Positions 7,759-15,946 of a DNA stretch of 24,000 nt are shown in pieces. Below the pieces are notes generated by a model that saw only the letters and a list, made by a program, of their open reading frames with translations, was not told where the DNA came from and made no database searches. Where the stretch lies: assembly GCA_035604895.1 (NCBI GenBank), contig DATNHO010000037.1, positions 1 through 24,000 of the forward strand, in the 5' to 3' direction. The stretch is from Terriglobales bacterium (GTDB lineage Bacteria > Acidobacteriota > Terriglobia > Terriglobales > Acidobacteriaceae). A program made the position numbers and the translations under genes. How positions within the stretch are numbered: position 1 is the first letter of the stretch; every line of letters begins with the position of its first letter.

Positions 7759-9099
7759 ATGCATCGAAAACAAGTTTCCACAAACATTCGCAAAACGCGC
7801 GATATCGTTCTGCTCACACTTCTTTTCGTAGCCGCAATTGCCGCCGGCGCGGCGCGGGCACAGACCTATACCAATCTGCATTCCTTCGCCGCTGGGACGG
7901 ATGGCGCAGATCCTACCCCCATCATCCGCGACGAGGAAGGCAACATCTACGGCGCGACAAGGTTTGGTGGCATCCCCTCGTGCAACTTAGACACTTGCGG
8001 AACGGTTTTCAAGATCGACAGCGCCGGCAAGGAGACCGTGCTCTACCGCTTCGAGGGCGGGAACAATGGATCAAATCCGCTTGCAGGCTTGGTCCGGGAC
8101 GCGAAGGGTAACCTCTATGGCACGACCCAAGGGAACGGCTATGTCGGCGGCGCATCCGTAGTGTTCAAAGTCAACCCGCAGGGCCACCAGACCGTCTTGT
8201 TTGTTGCCGGAGAAACAGCGCAGGGCTGCTGCCTCGATTCTCCGGTTGCCGTGGACGCGCACGGGAACGTCTATGGCATGTCGCCATACGGCGGCAAGCC
8301 CAATTGCGGTGTGGCCCAGAATGGCTTGGGCTGCGGAACATTGTTCAAGATTGCCCCTGACGGCAAATTTACTGTGATTCATGTTTTTAAAGGGAAGGAC
8401 GGAATACAGCCAGAGGGAGGGGTGGTCCTTGACGCCAAGGGCAACATCTACGGCACCGCTGTCTGGGGCGGCAATCTCAAGTGCAATTATCCCGGCTGGG
8501 GGGCAGGCGGTGGACCAGGATGCGGAACCATCTACAAGCTGGAGCCGAGCGGCAAGTTCACCGTCCTCCACACCTTCACCGGCCCGAATGATGGATCGTA
8601 CCCTCTGGGCCTGATCATTGACGACGCTGGCAACCTCTACGGCATCGCGGACAGCGGCGGCGACGTCATCAAGCATACAAATTGGGAGTACGGCCTGGGA
8701 ACTATTTTCAAAGTGGATACCAGCGGCAAGTACAGCGTGCTCTTCGCCTTCAAGCCATGCACCGAGCCCCCGTGCACTAACGGCCAGGTGTTGAACCATC
8801 TCTACGCCAGCCATCTGGCGAGAGACTCGAAAGGCAACCTGTACGGCATCGAAGAGTCCAACGACTGCGCCTTCGGTGGGGGATGCATTTTCAGAATAGA
8901 CGCGAAAGGGAACATAACGGACCTCTACGACTTCACACAAGACCAAAGCGGAGCCCCAGAGTTCTACGACGCGATGGGCTTGGTCCTAGGTTCGGATGGC
9001 GATTTCTATGGCAGCACACCCTTCGGGGGATCCGAGGAACCCGAATGTGACGACAATATTGGCGTGGCCTGCGGGTCGGTGTTTCACATTACGTTTTAG
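7759..9099 (+). CDS. Secreted GloVer (Gloeo_Verruco) tandem-repeat protein, seven repeats
   Basis: ATG 7759 with GGAGG 8 nt upstream. The signal peptide ends AAGAARAQ. Seven repeats of the pattern GN[IL]YG..(loop)..G[TS][IV]FK[IL]...GK.TVL..F match the GloVer repeat as I recall it (choice-of-anchor tandem repeat family). Confidence 0.85.
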   Translation: MHRKQVSTNIRKTRDIVLLTLLFVAAIAAGAARAQTYTNLHSFAAGTDGADPTPIIRDEEGNIYGATRFGGIPSCNLDTCGTVFKIDSAGKETVLYRFEGGNNGSNPLAGLVRDAKGNLYGTTQGNGYVGGASVVFKVNPQGHQTVLFVAGETAQGCCLDSPVAVDAHGNVYGMSPYGGKPNCGVAQNGLGCGTLFKIAPDGKFTVIHVFKGKDGIQPEGGVVLDAKGNIYGTAVWGGNLKCNYPGWGAGGGPGCGTIYKLEPSGKFTVLHTFTGPNDGSYPLGLIIDDAGNLYGIADSGGDVIKHTNWEYGLGTIFKVDTSGKYSVLFAFKPCTEPPCTNGQVLNHLYASHLARDSKGNLYGIEESNDCAFGGGCIFRIDAKGNITDLYDFTQDQSGAPEFYDAMGLVLGSDGDFYGSTPFGGSEEPECDDNIGVACGSVFHITF

Positions 9100-9188
9100 C
9101 CGAGCCGACGGTTGAGATCGACACTCCGTGATATGAGCGTCGAGCACAAGTAGTGTTAGCCAATGGAATTTCGACTGGAGCATTTACT

Positions 9189-10613
9189 CTAGAGCGTGCC
9201 TTGAAACAGCGGGTACAGACGGTCTCCGATTACGCGATAGATCACGAAGGCGCTGCCGGTGTCGGAGACCTCACGGAACAAAAGCTCGGCCCGGCCGTCG
9301 CCATCCACATCGACGGCGTCGATCAGGTCGAGGCGCGGGATCACGTCCATGTGCTGGGCGTCGGTTACATTCGCCAACGCCTTGTGCAAGACGCCGTTCA
9401 CATCTTCGCGAACCACTAACGTGATCAGGTATTGCGGGTTTGGAGTTGCGCTGGCTTTTTCGCGCGAGGACTGCGGCATGCGCGCTTTTGCCGTCAGGAT
9501 CAGCTCCGGCTCGTTGATATCCGCCAGATCAAAAACCTGAAGCTGCACATCTTCAAAAACGGGCTGCACCGGCTTTGCGGTCGCTTTGCTCCGTGGCGAA
9601 GGAGCATGAACAGGTTGCTCAGCCGCCGCGCCCGCCGATGCTTGTTGGCTGGCACGTGTTCGGATTTCGTCGGCCGCCATGGCTAACATCTTTTTGCGGA
9701 ACTGTTGTTCTTCCTCCGGCTTCAGGTTGTAGGTATAGGGAAGCGGATCGGGGCCGTTCGAGTCCGAGATGGCGGGGATGAGTTGGACCTGATTTGCCGC
9801 TGAGGTTCCCGATTGGGTTCCAGGCGTCATTGCTCCGCTTGCCGGGATCGCCGTATGCGCAGATGCCTTCGCCGAAGCCGCAGCCTTCTTCTGAGCTTCT
9901 TCTGCCGACTCCGCGCCCGCTTTGCCTCGTTTCAGCGCCGGACGGTCCTTATCCTCCGGAGGCTGGTCCTGCGCCTGCTCTTGCGGGGATGGATTTGCCG
10001 ACGCAGTTGCAGCGGCGGAAGCTGGCACCGCTGCTGAAGTTGCTGCTGGTGATGGGCTCGGTGAAGCGGTCGGTGCGGGTTGTGCCTGCGGAGGTGTCGC
10101 GGGCGCAGGGGGCGGTTCTGGCGGCTTGGGCTTTTCGCTGCCAGCACGCCGCAGAACCGGAGGACCTTCGTCTTCGTTCATTCCGCGAGGCACCGACGTT
10201 ACCGTCGGCTTCTTCTTCGCTGCTTTGGCCTTAATGGAATCCGCCGTCTGCCATGTGCCTTCGGCCACCCATCCGATCGGACCGTTTTCATCTTTCCTTT
10301 GCAGCGCACCCGTGACCGTAAACAGTCCCAGGGAAACCCCGGTGTGGACGGCTTCATAAACGGTTGTGCTCCACAGCGCCATAGGTACGGGATCGGCCTT
10401 GTAGGCGCTGGCATCGTAGTATTTGCCGTCAATCAGAATGGTGATTGGAATCAAGCGCGCTTTGCCATTGGGCGCAAGTTCCAGCAGGCCCAGGGCACGC
10501 GGCGCTTTGTTCTTCTTCGCAGAGCCTCCGACTTGGCCGAAGGTTGGCAGAAGCGCGATCTGCAATAAGAACCCCAGCGCCAAAACGCTGAAGATGACGC
10601 GGCCCCGCGTCAT
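9189..10613 (-). CDS. Hypothetical secreted protein with a long Pro/Ala-rich low-complexity linker and a C-terminal FG-GAP-like motif
   Basis: I prefer Met29 of the ORF (10613), which gives MTRGRVIFSVLALGFLLQIALLPTFGQ as a signal peptide and avoids overlap with bcp. The central region is PEPPPAPATPPQAQPAPTASPSPSPAATSAA. The C-terminus has VDVDGDGRAELLF. Confidence 0.8.
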   Translation of the reverse strand: MTRGRVIFSVLALGFLLQIALLPTFGQVGGSAKKNKAPRALGLLELAPNGKARLIPITILIDGKYYDASAYKADPVPMALWSTTVYEAVHTGVSLGLFTVTGALQRKDENGPIGWVAEGTWQTADSIKAKAAKKKPTVTSVPRGMNEDEGPPVLRRAGSEKPKPPEPPPAPATPPQAQPAPTASPSPSPAATSAAVPASAAATASANPSPQEQAQDQPPEDKDRPALKRGKAGAESAEEAQKKAAASAKASAHTAIPASGAMTPGTQSGTSAANQVQLIPAISDSNGPDPLPYTYNLKPEEEQQFRKKMLAMAADEIRTRASQQASAGAAAEQPVHAPSPRSKATAKPVQPVFEDVQLQVFDLADINEPELILTAKARMPQSSREKASATPNPQYLITLVVREDVNGVLHKALANVTDAQHMDVIPRLDLIDAVDVDGDGRAELLFREVSDTGSAFVIYRVIGDRLYPLFQGTL

Positions 10614-10659
10614 GCGGTATAACGTTGATCGAGCAGTCGATCGAGAAGGAGAGACAGTC

Positions 10660-11139
10660 ATGGATATCAGTATCAATAATAAGGCCCCGGAGTTCACTTT
10701 GCCTGACCAGAATGGCGATGAGGTCTCGTTGAAGGATTTTCACGGCAAATACGTGGTGCTCTATTTCTATCCCCGGGCGGATACTCCGGGATGCACCATC
10801 GAGGCCTGCGAGTTCCGCGATTCCTTCAAAAAGACAGAAAAGATTGGAGCTGTGGTTCTTGGCGTCTCGCCCGATGAACCGAAAGCGCTAAAGAAGTTTG
10901 AAGACAAGTTCGGGCTGCCATTCACCCTTCTAGGCGACGCCGACAAGAAAGTTGGCAATGCCTATGGCGTGATTCAGGAAAAGAATATGTACGGCAAGAA
11001 AGTCATGGGCGTGGTCCGGACTACGTTCATCATTGGTCCGGACGGGAAGATCAAACACATTTTTAACAAAGTGAAGCCAGAAGGCCACGCCACCGAAGTG
11101 TTGGCGTATTTGAAGAGCGCCATGCAGGGCGCGGCTTAG
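10660..11139 (+). CDS. bcp: Thiol peroxidase Bcp (peroxiredoxin)
   Basis: ATG 10660 with AAGGAG upstream. APEFTLPDQNGDEVSLKDFHGKYVVLYFYPRADTPGCTIEAC carries the peroxidatic Cys and a resolving Cys five residues downstream. Confidence 0.92.
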   Translation: MDISINNKAPEFTLPDQNGDEVSLKDFHGKYVVLYFYPRADTPGCTIEACEFRDSFKKTEKIGAVVLGVSPDEPKALKKFEDKFGLPFTLLGDADKKVGNAYGVIQEKNMYGKKVMGVVRTTFIIGPDGKIKHIFNKVKPEGHATEVLAYLKSAMQGAA

Positions 11140-11176
11140 AGGTGGTCCGGCGGGCGATGGAAAGGACGGTGGGATT

Positions 11177-11833
11177 TTGACCATCCCCATCACCCAGGTT
11201 CGCACTCTGTTACCGCGCGCGTTCTACGATCGCGATCCGCGCCGGGTAAGTCGTGCACTGCTCGGCAAAGTGCTGGTGCGGAAAGAAGGACGCAAACTTC
11301 TGGCGGGCCGCATTGTGGAAGTCGAAGCTTACCTGGGGGAAAAAGATCCGGCCGCGCACTCGTTTGCCGGCCGCACCCTGCGCAACGCTGTGCTGTTCGG
11401 GCCTCCGGGCTACGCTTACGTTTATTTCATTTACGGTAACCACTATTGCTTGAATGTATCGTGCTTGCCCGATGGAGTGGCCGGAGGGATTCTGTTTCGC
11501 GCGGTCGAACCTTTGGATGGAATTGAGGAAATGGCGCGATCCCGGGGCATATCTTTCAATTCGACTCGGAATTCAGTTCGCGATTTACGGAAATTGACCA
11601 GCGGGCCGGGGCGACTCGCCGAGGCGTTTGGCATCACGCGCGACCGGGACAACGGGAAAGACCTGACCAGTGCGTCCTCGGACCTATTCATTGCGGATGA
11701 CGACTACCGGGTCCGTCGCATCCTGACAACGCCGCGAATCGGGATCACCAAAGCGGCCGAGCGCCCGCTGCGATACGTGATCGCAGGGAACGACTTTGTT
11801 TCAGGACCGAAAAGTCTGCTCGAAACGGCTTAG
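11177..11833 (+). CDS. DNA-3-methyladenine glycosylase, AAG/Mpg family
   Basis: LLGKVLVRK...GRIVEVEAYLGEKDPAAHSFAGRTLRNAVLFGPPGYAYVYFIYGNHYCLNV is the characteristic Mpg core. The listed start is TTG, so the exact start is uncertain. Confidence 0.9.
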   Translation: MTIPITQVRTLLPRAFYDRDPRRVSRALLGKVLVRKEGRKLLAGRIVEVEAYLGEKDPAAHSFAGRTLRNAVLFGPPGYAYVYFIYGNHYCLNVSCLPDGVAGGILFRAVEPLDGIEEMARSRGISFNSTRNSVRDLRKLTSGPGRLAEAFGITRDRDNGKDLTSASSDLFIADDDYRVRRILTTPRIGITKAAERPLRYVIAGNDFVSGPKSLLETA

Positions 11834-11847
11834 CGTTACTGCGGGGT

Positions 11848-12690
11848 TCAAGATAGCAGGATGTTGTCAATCAGGCGCGTGTTACCCACGAAGGCAGCCA
11901 CTGCAACGAGCGAAGTGCTGGTGAGTTCTTGCACAAGATCGAGCGTAGCGGGATCCACAATCTCGAAGTAGTCCAGACGCACGGCGGGTTCCTGGGCCAA
12001 CACCTGTTTTCCGGCTTCTATCAGTGTGGGTGCGTTCCGCTCCCCTTTATCGTATCGATTCTTCACTGCGGTCAGTGAGCGGTTCAGAACCAGCGCGGAT
12101 TTGCGTTGCTGCGGGCTTAGGTAAGCATTGCGCGAACTCATCGCCAGGCCATCCGGCTCGCGTACGATGGGGCCGACGATGATCTCGACCGGCAGATTCA
12201 AGTCTCGGACCATGCGGCGGATGATCGTGGCTTGGGCCGCATCTTTCTGGCCAAAGAAGGCCAAGTCCGGTTCCACGATGTGGAAGAGCTTGGCGACGAC
12301 CGTGGTTACGCCGCGAAAATGTCCCGGACGCGACTTGCCACACAGCTTCTCGCTCAGGCCTTCGACCGTGACATAAGTGACGGCTCCCGCGGGATACATT
12401 TCTTCTGGTGTCGGTGCAAAGAGGACATCCACGGCCTCTTTTTCCAGCAGGTCGCGGTCGCGTTCAAATGTCCGCGGATATTTCGCCAGATCTTCGTCGG
12501 GCCCGAATTGCAGTGGATTTAGGAAGATGGAGACTGCGACCACATCGCACTTCGCCTTAGCGGCCCGCACCAGTGAGACATGGCCTTCGTGCAACGCTCC
12601 CATGGTGGGGACGAAGCCCAAACGCTTGCCGTCGAGGCGAGCTACGCGAGAGGCGGCGCGCATGTCGCTGATCGTGTTGCAGATTTTCAT
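11848..12690 (-). CDS. panC: Pantoate--beta-alanine ligase
   Basis: GFVPTMGALHEGHVSLV (HIGH-type motif), FVNPLQF-like LNPLQFGPDEDL, GHFRGVTTVVAKLF, MSSRNAYL. Confidence 0.95.
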   Translation of the reverse strand: MKICNTISDMRAASRVARLDGKRLGFVPTMGALHEGHVSLVRAAKAKCDVVAVSIFLNPLQFGPDEDLAKYPRTFERDRDLLEKEAVDVLFAPTPEEMYPAGAVTYVTVEGLSEKLCGKSRPGHFRGVTTVVAKLFHIVEPDLAFFGQKDAAQATIIRRMVRDLNLPVEIIVGPIVREPDGLAMSSRNAYLSPQQRKSALVLNRSLTAVKNRYDKGERNAPTLIEAGKQVLAQEPAVRLDYFEIVDPATLDLVQELTSTSLVAVAAFVGNTRLIDNILLS

Positions 12691-12706
12691 CGCGCGGTGT
12701 GCGCTT

Positions 12707-13150
12707 TCAGTGGGATGGAACCCAGTTTATGACTACCTGCATGCTCTCCAGTGCGCCAGCAACCAACGCCCGGTTCTTTCGAAGTTTGGCTTTGTCTTCA
12801 TCGGAGCCGGCAACGCTGATCTCTTGAATCGCAACCACACGACCGTATGGCCACGCCGATCCCGGCAGTTTAGCCAGTGCCTCGGATAATTTGTCCGGGT
12901 CCACCATCTGCTGTTCGTTGTTGCTGACGTCCAGCAATCCCACGCCGTCCACTCTGACGATGAGGTATGGATTTCGCCAGGCTTTCATATCCCGCTGACC
13001 CGCATATTTCTGCGGATCGGCGGACGGGATCTTTTGGATTCGAGCCTCGGGACTGGTTGCCGTTGCCGCGTCCGGTGTTCGGGGCGGCTTGGCGCACGAA
13101 GCGAGCAGGGAAAGGCACACTGCCAGAACACTCAGACGCACGAATCTCAT
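12707..13150 (-). CDS. Hypothetical lipoprotein embedded between panB and panC
   Basis: MRFVRLSVLAVCLSLLASC is a signal peptide with a lipobox. The gaps to panB and panC are 14 and 16 bp, which implies co-transcription. Confidence 0.8.
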   Translation of the reverse strand: MRFVRLSVLAVCLSLLASCAKPPRTPDAATATSPEARIQKIPSADPQKYAGQRDMKAWRNPYLIVRVDGVGLLDVSNNEQQMVDPDKLSEALAKLPGSAWPYGRVVAIQEISVAGSDEDKAKLRKNRALVAGALESMQVVINWVPSH

Positions 13151-13164
13151 ATTCCGTCGGGCCT

Positions 13165-14103
13165 CTATCGACGCATCCCCCGCTTGCGCTCCAGCACGGT
13201 CTCGAGCGCTTGCCGCGTCTCCTTGGACAAGTGGTAGGACTCACTATCCAAGGGATAGCGATGCGAAATCACGTCGTCGCGGAAGGCGCGTGCGGCGTCC
13301 GTGATAAGCGCGGCCGCGTCGCCGTAGCGGCGAACAAACTTCGCTGGCGGAGCAAAGGTCAGATTCAGAATATCGTGGAAGACCAGCACCTGGCCATCGC
13401 AGTCGGGCCCCGCGCCAATGCCGACGGTCGGAGTCGCGACCTCCGACGTAATCATGCTGGCTACTTCTCGCGGGATGCCTTCCAGAACCAGGAAGGCTAC
13501 GCCTGCCCGGTCGAGGGCCACGGCATCGCGCATTAGCTGTTCGATATCCGCCAGCGACTTGCCTTGAACCTTGTATCCGCCCATAACGTTCACGGACTGC
13601 GGAGTCAGCCCGATATGGCCAGCCACTGGAATCTCGGCGTCGATCACGCGGCGAATCAGATCGGCGCGTTTCTCGCCACCTTCAATCTTCACTGCTTCGG
13701 CGCCGGCCTCTTTCATAAAGCGGGCTGCGTTTCGCACCGCGTCATCGGCGCCGACGTGATAGGACCCGTAAGGCATATCAGCCACGAGCAACGCGCGCTT
13801 TACACCGCGCCGCACGGCTTTGGTGTGATGAAGCATTTCGTCTACCGTGACCGAGAGCGTGTCCGGGTAGCCGAGCATGGTCATGGCCAGCGAATCGCCG
13901 ACCAGAACAATGTCGATGTCAGCCTCGTCCACCAGCCGCGCGCTGGCGTAGTCGTAGGCGGTCAGGCAGGTGATAGGTTGATGTTGGAGTTTCTTTTCTC
14001 GAAGGGAAGCGCCCGTAATCTTCTGGCGAGGTTCACCAATTGGTGCAATGCTCACGATGTCCTCCAGTGCCCCTCCGCCTTGGCGGATAGAGCCCGTACT
14101 CAT
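13165..14103 (-). CDS. panB: 3-methyl-2-oxobutanoate hydroxymethyltransferase
   Basis: ITCLTAYDYASARLVDEADIDIVLVGDSLAMTMLGY, VVADMPYGSY, VKIEGG, GHIGLTPQS. Relative to E. coli PanB it has N- and C-terminal extensions, so the true start could be internal. Confidence 0.93.
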   Translation of the reverse strand: MSTGSIRQGGGALEDIVSIAPIGEPRQKITGASLREKKLQHQPITCLTAYDYASARLVDEADIDIVLVGDSLAMTMLGYPDTLSVTVDEMLHHTKAVRRGVKRALLVADMPYGSYHVGADDAVRNAARFMKEAGAEAVKIEGGEKRADLIRRVIDAEIPVAGHIGLTPQSVNVMGGYKVQGKSLADIEQLMRDAVALDRAGVAFLVLEGIPREVASMITSEVATPTVGIGAGPDCDGQVLVFHDILNLTFAPPAKFVRRYGDAAALITDAARAFRDDVISHRYPLDSESYHLSKETRQALETVLERKRGMRR

Positions 14104-14201
14104 CTTGGATGCTGCTGGGGCTATTGTAGACCCAGAGGCTGGGGTTCGTCGATGGCAGCTAGGGATGTCGAAAGAACCGTGGAATTGATCCTGGATCGCA
14201 A

Positions 14202-14249
14202 AGTAAGACTTTGCAGGTGTGTCTTACTCTATGGTAAGATGATTTTACC
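14202..14249 (+). promoter_or_regulatory. Candidate promoter and operator of the first AbrB/PIN operon
   Basis: TTGCAG (14211-14216), 18-nt spacer, TAAGAT (14235-14240). An 8-bp inverted repeat AGTAAGAC (14202-14209) / GTCTTACT (14221-14228) brackets the -35, and a third GTAAGA (14234-14239) overlaps the -10. There is no SD before ATG 14250. Confidence 0.4.
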
Positions 14250-14504
14250 ATGAGAGCTTACCGGACAGTCATCAGTTCTAAAGGGCAAGTGGTAATTCCA
14301 GCCGAGTTGCGCGAGCAGTTCGGGCTGGAGAAAGGCACTCCTGCCACCTGGAGCGAAGAGCAGGGGCGGTTAGTGCTGACGCCGATTACCGAACGGCGAC
14401 TGCGCGAGATCAGGGGATTCTTGAAGCCTGCTCCCGGCGCACCGTCTATGTTTGAAGAATTGTTCGCTGAGCGCGAACGAGAACGCAAACGAGAGAAACA
14501 ATGA
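14250..14504 (+). CDS. vapB: AbrB/SpoVT-domain antitoxin (VapB-like)
   Basis: VISSKGQVVIPAELREQFGLEKGT is the swapped-hairpin AbrB motif. It overlaps the downstream PIN gene by 4 bp (ATGA). Confidence 0.85.
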   Translation: MRAYRTVISSKGQVVIPAELREQFGLEKGTPATWSEEQGRLVLTPITERRLREIRGFLKPAPGAPSMFEELFAERERERKREKQ

Positions 14505-14944
14505 CTCCCGCATTTTCTCGTGGAAGCGTGCGCCGATATGTGCTTGACGCCAACGCGCTGGTCGGCTTATTCGAGGACCGGGAGGGTACTGCAGGAAAGG
14601 TTGAACACCTTCTGCAGCTAGCCTTGCGGCAGGATTTACCACTCTTGATGTCGGCCGTGAATTGGGGCGAGGTTTTCTACATTGCATGGAGGCGGCACGG
14701 CGAAGCAAAGGCACGGGAAGCAGAAGCCAGGTTGCAGGAGTTGCCGGTGGCGGTCATCAGTGTGGATCGGGAACGAGCCTCGCGGGCGGGCGCGTTAAAG
14801 CAAAAACACAGCCTGGGTTATGCCGACGCCTTCGCCGCCGAATTGGCTATCGAACGTGGCGCCTGGCTGGTCACGACTGATCCCGAATTCTCGAAAGTTG
14901 GCAAGGCGCTGGCCATCTACTCGCTGCCCAGATACGAAAAATAA
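14501..14944 (+). CDS. vapC: PIN-domain ribonuclease toxin (VapC-like)
   Basis: Acidic PIN residues are in the expected order: YVLDAN, WGEV, YADAF, TTDPEF. It is translationally coupled to the antitoxin. Confidence 0.88.
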   Translation: MTPAFSRGSVRRYVLDANALVGLFEDREGTAGKVEHLLQLALRQDLPLLMSAVNWGEVFYIAWRRHGEAKAREAEARLQELPVAVISVDRERASRAGALKQKHSLGYADAFAAELAIERGAWLVTTDPEFSKVGKALAIYSLPRYEK

Positions 14945-14971
14945 GACGAGAGCCAGGTTGTGTTCATCCCA

Positions 14972-15009
14972 TTGACTAAGGTGCCAATTGTCGCTATAAT
15001 TGACGACAA
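14972..15009 (+). promoter_or_regulatory. Near-consensus sigma70 promoter with an embedded inverted repeat, driving the Xre/RES operon
   Basis: TTGACT (14972-14977), 17-nt spacer, TATAAT (14995-15000). The inverted repeat TTGTCG (14988-14993) / CGACAA (15004-15009) brackets the -10. ATG 15010 lies 9 nt after the -10, with no SD. Confidence 0.6.
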
Positions 15010-15444
15010 ATGGCAAACGAACTTCGATCGGTGATACGGGAGCTTGGCGGAGAGCGCGCCTTGGGACGGACGATGACGAGCGACCGGGATCTGCGGGAAG
15101 CGATTCGCGAAGGCTTCCCACATGCGGTGCTTGAAGAAATGATGCATTCGTCGGGCTTGACCCTGAAAGAGCTAGCAGGTGCGCTGGACCTCTCGTCCCG
15201 CAGTTTGCAGCGGCGACGCCGTGGGCGGCTGGCCCGGTTTGAGTCTGACCGGCTGTATCGGCTCGCCCGGTTGCTCGCTCTTGCCCACGAAAGCCTGGGG
15301 GATGCCGCACGCGCAAGCCGGTGGTTCAAGCGCACCAATCGTGCTCTCGGTGGAGTGGCTCCGATTGCCGCGATCGATACCGAACTGGGAGCTCGCCAGG
15401 TGGAAAATGTGCTGGGCCGCATCGCCTACGGCGGCATCAGTTGA
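15010..15444 (+). CDS. Xre/MbcA/ParS-type antitoxin (DUF2384 toxin-binding domain)
   Basis: The C-terminal RWFKRTNRALGGVAPIAAIDTELGARQVENVLGRIAYG matches the DUF2384 signature as I recall it. It is paired with a RES-domain gene. Confidence 0.88.
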   Translation: MANELRSVIRELGGERALGRTMTSDRDLREAIREGFPHAVLEEMMHSSGLTLKELAGALDLSSRSLQRRRRGRLARFESDRLYRLARLLALAHESLGDAARASRWFKRTNRALGGVAPIAAIDTELGARQVENVLGRIAYGGIS

Positions 15445-15929
15445 CACGAGTCTTTCGCGTACTGCGTGCCGCACATGCGCGCACTCCATTCGACGGAGAG
15501 GGGGCGTACCGGTACGGCGGGCGGTGGTCCAGCCCCGAAACGCGCCTCGCCTATGCCTCGGAACACCAGTCGCTTGCGATGCTTGAGTATTTCGTTCACC
15601 TGGATCCCGAAGACGCTCCGGATGACTTGGTGTTAGCCACGGCGGAGGTTCCAGAGAGCGTTTCCCGCAAGCGTATCGAAGCCAGCGCTCTGCCAGCCGA
15701 TTGGCGAGAAGTCCCTGCTCCGCCCGGTCTGGCCCAGATTGGCGATGAGTTCGTAAAGCAGACCGAGAATTGTCTGCTTCTTGTTCCCTCCGCGCTAGCG
15801 GTGAGTGAAAATAACGTATTGATCAATCCCCGACATCCCGAGTTCAAGCAGATTACCGTCAATCAAGCCGAGCCGCTCCGCTATGATCCGCGGATGTTCC
15901 GCAAGACCCGGCGCCAGCGCAAACATTGA
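15441..15929 (+). CDS. RES-domain toxin (ParT/MbcT-like, NAD+-targeting family)
   Basis: I place the start at in-frame TTG 15441, a 4-bp TTGA overlap with the antitoxin stop, rather than the ORF-track Met at 15321. The R (YGGRW), E (LAMLEY) and S (LVPSAL) motifs appear in order. Confidence 0.87.
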   Translation: MTRVFRVLRAAHARTPFDGEGAYRYGGRWSSPETRLAYASEHQSLAMLEYFVHLDPEDAPDDLVLATAEVPESVSRKRIEASALPADWREVPAPPGLAQIGDEFVKQTENCLLLVPSALAVSENNVLINPRHPEFKQITVNQAEPLRYDPRMFRKTRRQRKH

Positions 15930-15946
15930 GGGCGGGACAAGGTACC

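Noticed and set aside
9794-10359. Several overlapping + strand ORFs (146, 145, 74 and 162 aa) in a low-complexity region.
   Set aside because: They are frame-shadows of the Pro/Ala-rich linker of the minus-strand secreted protein, with no independent start signals.
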